64,000 bases of DNA from Desulfobacterales bacterium (lineage in GTDB: Bacteria; Desulfobacterota; Desulfobacteria; Desulfobacterales; UBA2245), in NCBI GenBank assembly GCA_040771865.1, contig JAXGZF010000003.1, positions 1-64,000 on the forward strand. The letters run 5' to 3'. Below are positions 59,962 to 64,000 of the stretch, piece after piece. Each line of letters starts with the position of its first letter. Positions within the stretch are counted from its first letter, which is position 1. Below the pieces are notes generated by a model. The model saw only the letters and a program-made list of their open reading frames with translations, was not told the origin of the DNA and ran no database searches. A program made the position numbers and the translations under genes.

Positions 59962-60696
59962 TCAGAGGCTTCGGCACAGGAGGCCGATCAGATCCGCAGC
60001 GCGCCGGCGGCTGTCCCTGAATCGCTTTTCCTTGAATCCCGGCCGCCAGGTCAGATCGGAAAGATCGTCTGAAACCACCAGCACGGCCCCCACATCCACG
60101 TTCCGAAACGCGCCGATGGTGAAAAGCGCCGAGGTTTCCATGTCCACGGCCAGAACGTCCCGGGACTGATAATGCCGTATCTTTTCCTCCGTTTCCCGGA
60201 AAATGGCGTCCGTGGACCAGACGCTTCCCTCGTGAAAGGCGAGGCCTTTGTCGCTGAGCGTGCTGCGGACTTTCTGGAGTATATATCCGGAAGGAGCGGA
60301 TTTCTCGCCGGCCTGATCATTGTAATGCCGCGAGGTTCCTTCATCGATAAAGGAGCCTGCAGGCAGAATGATGTCCCCGATCCGGACCTGTGGGGCGATC
60401 GCACCGCACCACCCGAAAAAGATGATTTTCCGGGCGCCCCAGGCGATCAGTGTTTCCAGAATGATCGCCGCATAAGGCGCGCCGATGATCGGGCCGGTAA
60501 TCGAGATGTCCGGCACATCCTGGCACAGGTATATCTTTCCCATCAGTAAATCCGAGAAAGAATCGCTGTTGACGCGGGCCGCACGGCAGAACGTTCGAAG
60601 ATCCGCATCGCTGCTGACCATGACGGCCACGGGTCCCAGATCCGGTGCATTTTTCCCTTTTTTCGGGTTTACAATCGCGCTGTTCTGACCGCTCAT
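59962..60696 (-). CDS. Nucleoside phosphorylase (PNP/UDP family)
   Basis: IGAP, GWCGA, DEGTS.HY, TDAIFRET, VDMETSA, VSD. Confidence 0.88.
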   Translation of the reverse strand: MSGQNSAIVNPKKGKNAPDLGPVAVMVSSDADLRTFCRAARVNSDSFSDLLMGKIYLCQDVPDISITGPIIGAPYAAIILETLIAWGARKIIFFGWCGAIAPQVRIGDIILPAGSFIDEGTSRHYNDQAGEKSAPSGYILQKVRSTLSDKGLAFHEGSVWSTDAIFRETEEKIRHYQSRDVLAVDMETSALFTIGAFRNVDVGAVLVVSDDLSDLTWRPGFKEKRFRDSRRRAADLIGLLCRSL

Positions 60697-60754
60697 CGTT
60701 TTTATTTTGCGTTAACGGTTACCGGTTAGCATGCATTTTAAGTGAAGAACGGCC

Positions 60755-61009
60755 TCAGATGGGCCGGGTCACTTCGGCCAGCGCATCTTTGACCTCATCG
60801 ATGATGTCGTAAAACCACATCAGATCCTCCATCGAGAGCCGTCCGGCGCGGACCTGGGTTTCCTTGCCGTCCCTTCGCAGAATTATTCTGGGGCCGATTT
60901 GAACCTTGGGCTGACCCTCCCCGTATTGATTAATGGATATGACCAGACCGGTGTCTTCGCATCGCCAGGATTTTAATACCTTGTCCTTGCTGGGATCAAA
61001 TGGCGGCAT
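60755..61009 (-). CDS. Small hypothetical protein, possible PC4/YdbC-like fold
   Basis: GGAGG SD; operon position after glyS; ISINQYGEGQPKVQIG..R, GRLS. Confidence 0.65.
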   Translation of the reverse strand: MPPFDPSKDKVLKSWRCEDTGLVISINQYGEGQPKVQIGPRIILRRDGKETQVRAGRLSMEDLMWFYDIIDEVKDALAEVTRPI

Positions 61010-61030
61010 ACCTTAAACCTCCAGATACAA

Positions 61031-63103
61031 TCAGGTGGATATTTTCGAAAAATCGGCGATCATGCCAAAAAGAGCCGAAATCCGCCCCAGAAGGGTCAGG
61101 CGGTTCCGGCGCAGGGCCTCGTTCTCGCTCATGACCATGACGCCGTCGAAAAACGCATCCACCGGTTTTCGAAGGGATGCGATCTCCTCCAGCGCGGCAT
61201 CAAACAATCCATCAGCAAGTTTGTCCGCCACTCTGGAACGAACCTGCTGAAAGGTCCCGTACAGTGCGCCTTCGGTGGCATCTTCGAACAGGCTTTGATC
61301 AATCTTGTCGTCCCTGCAGACATCTCCGGCTTTTCGAATGATGTTGACCACCCGTTTGAAAGCGACGGCAATCGAGTCGAAATCCGGATGGGCCTTGAGC
61401 GCCTCCAGAGCGCGGACCCGTTTCCACACGTTGGGAACATCGTCCACCGAAACGCCGGCAACCGCCGCAATCACATCCTTTGAAAAGCCCTCCTCAGCCA
61501 GAAGATGCGAGATGCGGCTGCGGAAAAACTCGGTTATCGCCTCCGAGCAGTCGCCCGTCTCAAGGCCGGAGAACAGGTCAAGGCTCTTTTGAATAGCTTC
61601 GGTCAGTGAAAAGGAAAAACCCTTGTCCAGCATGATCTGGACCACCCCGATGGCCTGACGCCTCAGGGCGTAGGGGTCCGATGCGCCGGTCGGAATCAAG
61701 CCCGCGCCGAAGCACCCGCAGATGGAGTCGATCTTGTCGGCAATGGCCACGATGGCACCGGGAAGCGTTTCCGGCAGCGGGCCTCCGGAAAAGGTCGGAC
61801 GGTAGTGCTCTTCAATAGCCGCAGCCACAAGCGGATCTTCTCCGGCCTTTTGGGCATAGACCCGCCCCATGATTCCCTGAAGCTCCGGAAATTCTCCGAC
61901 CACCTGGCTGACCAGGTCGGCCTTGCACAGATCCGCAGCGCGTCCCACCTGAGCCTTGAGCCGTGAATCACCGGAAATAGCGGCGCACAGATCCTCGGCC
62001 AGCTGTCGAATGCGCTTCGTCTTGTCGAACATGGTGCCGAGCTTGGCCTGAAACAGGACTCCGCCGAGTTTTTCTTTCCATTGATCCATGGAGTCGGACA
62101 GATCGCTCTTGAAAAAAAACCGGGCGTCTTCCAGACGGGCTCTTAAAACCCGTTCATGCCCTCTGGCCACCAGTTCCATGTCCCTGGCCGGCGTGTTGTT
62201 CACGGCGATAAAACAGGGCATCAGGCGCTGTTTTGCATCCACCACCGCAAAATACTTCTGATGCTTGCGCATGGCGGTAATCAGCACCTCGTCGGGAACC
62301 TCGAGATACTTCGCCTCGAACTTACCGGCTGAAACCGCCGGAAATTCCACCAGGTTGTTGACGATATCGACCAGTTCGGCATCCTCTATGATGTTTCCGC
62401 CCAGAGCGGTTGCGGTCCTGCGCACCTGATCCTCCACCTGGGCCCGGCGCTCGCTCGAGTCCGCCAGCACGCTAGCCGAACGCAGTGCCTCGACATACTG
62501 GCCGGAATGATCGATGCGAATCTTTTCGGGGCTGACAAAACGGTGCCCGCAGGTAAACCGGCCGCTTCGAATATCGCCCAGTTCAAAGAAAACGGCCTTT
62601 TCTCCGAGAAGCGCCAGAATCCAGTGAATCGGCCGGGCAAACGAGATGCTCAGATCCGCCCAGCGCATGCTTTTGGGAAAGGGCGTTGCCAGAATCGCGG
62701 CTGGAAGCATGGTTTTAAGTATATTCAGGGTCGGGCCTCCGCGTTCGGTTTTGATCGCGCAGAGGTACCGGCCCTTTTCGGTTTCCTTGATTCGAATCCG
62801 GTTGACCGGAACGCCGACCTTTTCGGCGAATTTAACAGCCGCCATCGTGGGCTTTCCGCCGGCGTCAAATCCCACTCTTTCCGGCGGTCCGACGACCTCT
62901 TCGGTCAGCGGGGCCTGCCTGGGGGCCACATCGTCGATTTGCACAGCCAGTCTTCGCGGTGTTCCAAATACCCGGCACGGGCCGTGGTCGATTCTGGCCT
63001 CGGCCAATCGCTGATCCAGGGTCGAAGCCAGGGATTTGAGCGCAGGTTCGATGTAGCCGGCGGGGATTTCCTCGGTTCCTATCTCCAATAACAGATTATC
63101 CAT
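61031..63103 (-). CDS. glyS: Glycine-tRNA ligase beta subunit
   Basis: LLLEIGTEEIP, TPRRLA, FPKSMRW, EFPELQG.MG, GASDPYALRR. Confidence 0.96.
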   Translation of the reverse strand: MDNLLLEIGTEEIPAGYIEPALKSLASTLDQRLAEARIDHGPCRVFGTPRRLAVQIDDVAPRQAPLTEEVVGPPERVGFDAGGKPTMAAVKFAEKVGVPVNRIRIKETEKGRYLCAIKTERGGPTLNILKTMLPAAILATPFPKSMRWADLSISFARPIHWILALLGEKAVFFELGDIRSGRFTCGHRFVSPEKIRIDHSGQYVEALRSASVLADSSERRAQVEDQVRRTATALGGNIIEDAELVDIVNNLVEFPAVSAGKFEAKYLEVPDEVLITAMRKHQKYFAVVDAKQRLMPCFIAVNNTPARDMELVARGHERVLRARLEDARFFFKSDLSDSMDQWKEKLGGVLFQAKLGTMFDKTKRIRQLAEDLCAAISGDSRLKAQVGRAADLCKADLVSQVVGEFPELQGIMGRVYAQKAGEDPLVAAAIEEHYRPTFSGGPLPETLPGAIVAIADKIDSICGCFGAGLIPTGASDPYALRRQAIGVVQIMLDKGFSFSLTEAIQKSLDLFSGLETGDCSEAITEFFRSRISHLLAEEGFSKDVIAAVAGVSVDDVPNVWKRVRALEALKAHPDFDSIAVAFKRVVNIIRKAGDVCRDDKIDQSLFEDATEGALYGTFQQVRSRVADKLADGLFDAALEEIASLRKPVDAFFDGVMVMSENEALRRNRLTLLGRISALFGMIADFSKIST

Positions 63104-63146
63104 AATCACCTCGATGATATCTTGAACCGCTTTTATAAAAATGCGT

Positions 63147-64000
63147 TCAGACCGGTTTCCGCAGCAGCGGATAACCCATGGCTTCACGCTGCTTGAGATA
63201 CGCCACGGCGCACAGACGGGCCAGGTTTCGAATCCTTGCAATGTAGCCGGTGCGCTCGGTGACGCTGATCGCTCCACGGGCATCCAGAAGGTTAAAGGTG
63301 TGCGAGCATTTCAGGCAGTATTCATATGCCGGAAGCACCAGTTCCTCTTTGATGATGCGGATGGATTCGGCCTCGTACTTGCCGAAAAGGTCCAGAAGCA
63401 TGGCAACGTCGGCTTTTTCAAAATTGTAGGTGGACTGTTCCACCTCCTGCTGGTGATGCACATGTCCGTATTTGACATCCGGGTTCCATCTCAGATCGTA
63501 GACGTTGTCAATCCCCTGCAGATACATGGAGATGCGCTCCAGGCCGTAGGTGATTTCGACGGATACGGGCCGAAGCTCGATGCTGCCGGCCAGCTGGAAA
63601 TAGGTGAACTGGGTGATCTCCATGCCGTCGAGCCAGACCTCCCAGCCCAGTCCGGAAGCTCCCAGGGTCGGAGACTCCCAGTCGTCCTCCACAAAGCGGA
63701 TATCGTGTTCAAGGGGATCAATGCCCAGTTCTTTCAGGCTTTGCAGATACAGATCCTGAATGTTTCCGGGAGAAGGCTTCAAAATGACCTGAAACTGGTA
63801 GTAATGCTGAAGGCGGTTGGGATTTTCGCCATACCGCCCGTCGGTTGGACGCCGGGACGGCTGGACATATGCCACCTTCCAGGGCTCGGGTCCCAGGGCT
63901 CTTAAAAGTGTGGCGGGATGAAAGGTGCCAGCGCCCACTTCCATGTCGTACGGCTGAGCCAGAACACAGCCTTTCCTCGCCCAGAATTGTTGCAATTTGA
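63147..64000 (-). CDS. glyQ: Glycine-tRNA ligase alpha subunit (5' end outside the window)
   Basis: [49 protein letters not shown]. Confidence 0.96.
   Translation of the reverse strand, partial: KLQQFWARKGCVLAQPYDMEVGAGTFHPATLLRALGPEPWKVAYVQPSRRPTDGRYGENPNRLQHYYQFQVILKPSPGNIQDLYLQSLKELGIDPLEHDIRFVEDDWESPTLGASGLGWEVWLDGMEITQFTYFQLAGSIELRPVSVEITYGLERISMYLQGIDNVYDLRWNPDVKYGHVHHQQEVEQSTYNFEKADVAMLLDLFGKYEAESIRIIKEELVLPAYEYCLKCSHTFNLLDARGAISVTERTGYIARIRNLARLCAVAYLKQREAMGYPLLRKPV

Overview
A 64-kb bacterial chromosomal segment that looks like an anaerobic Desulfobacterota/deltaproteobacterium (inferred from the ahbC-hemB-ahbD alternative heme genes, a HesB-like selenoprotein and a Tat-exported polyferredoxin). 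Three zones: (i) 1-22.7 kb, mixed metabolic and regulatory genes with two decayed remnants; (ii) 22.9-36.1 kb, an accessory island of unrelated, often secreted or defence-type genes (Tat MBL hydrolase, jacalin plus aerolysin/ETX-type lipoprotein, mtgA, a truncated sulfatase maturase, an IS21-split HEPN-motif gene, an AT-rich Mrr nuclease); (iii) 36.2-64 kb, tRNA-Arg(CCG), a TetR-RND efflux operon and core genes (ClpX-like ATPase, ahbC/hemB/ahbD, PPi-PFK, smc, ftsY, HU, ligA, glyQS). The most unusual signal is in the island. An intact HUH/Y1 (RAYT-like) transposase has ~22-bp inverted ends, and the island also holds stuttered 14-16-bp tandem arrays, an orphan end copy, an internally deleted mini-copy and three ends of a second type. 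The left-end-type copies share a GGGG-N18/19-TTGACA layout (TTGCTA in the mini-copy) and sit at gene boundaries, suggesting a possible HUH-driven gene-capture or shuffling platform. Four copies of a 151-bp MITE are also present. All calls come from reading the sequence and motifs by eye; no searches were run.
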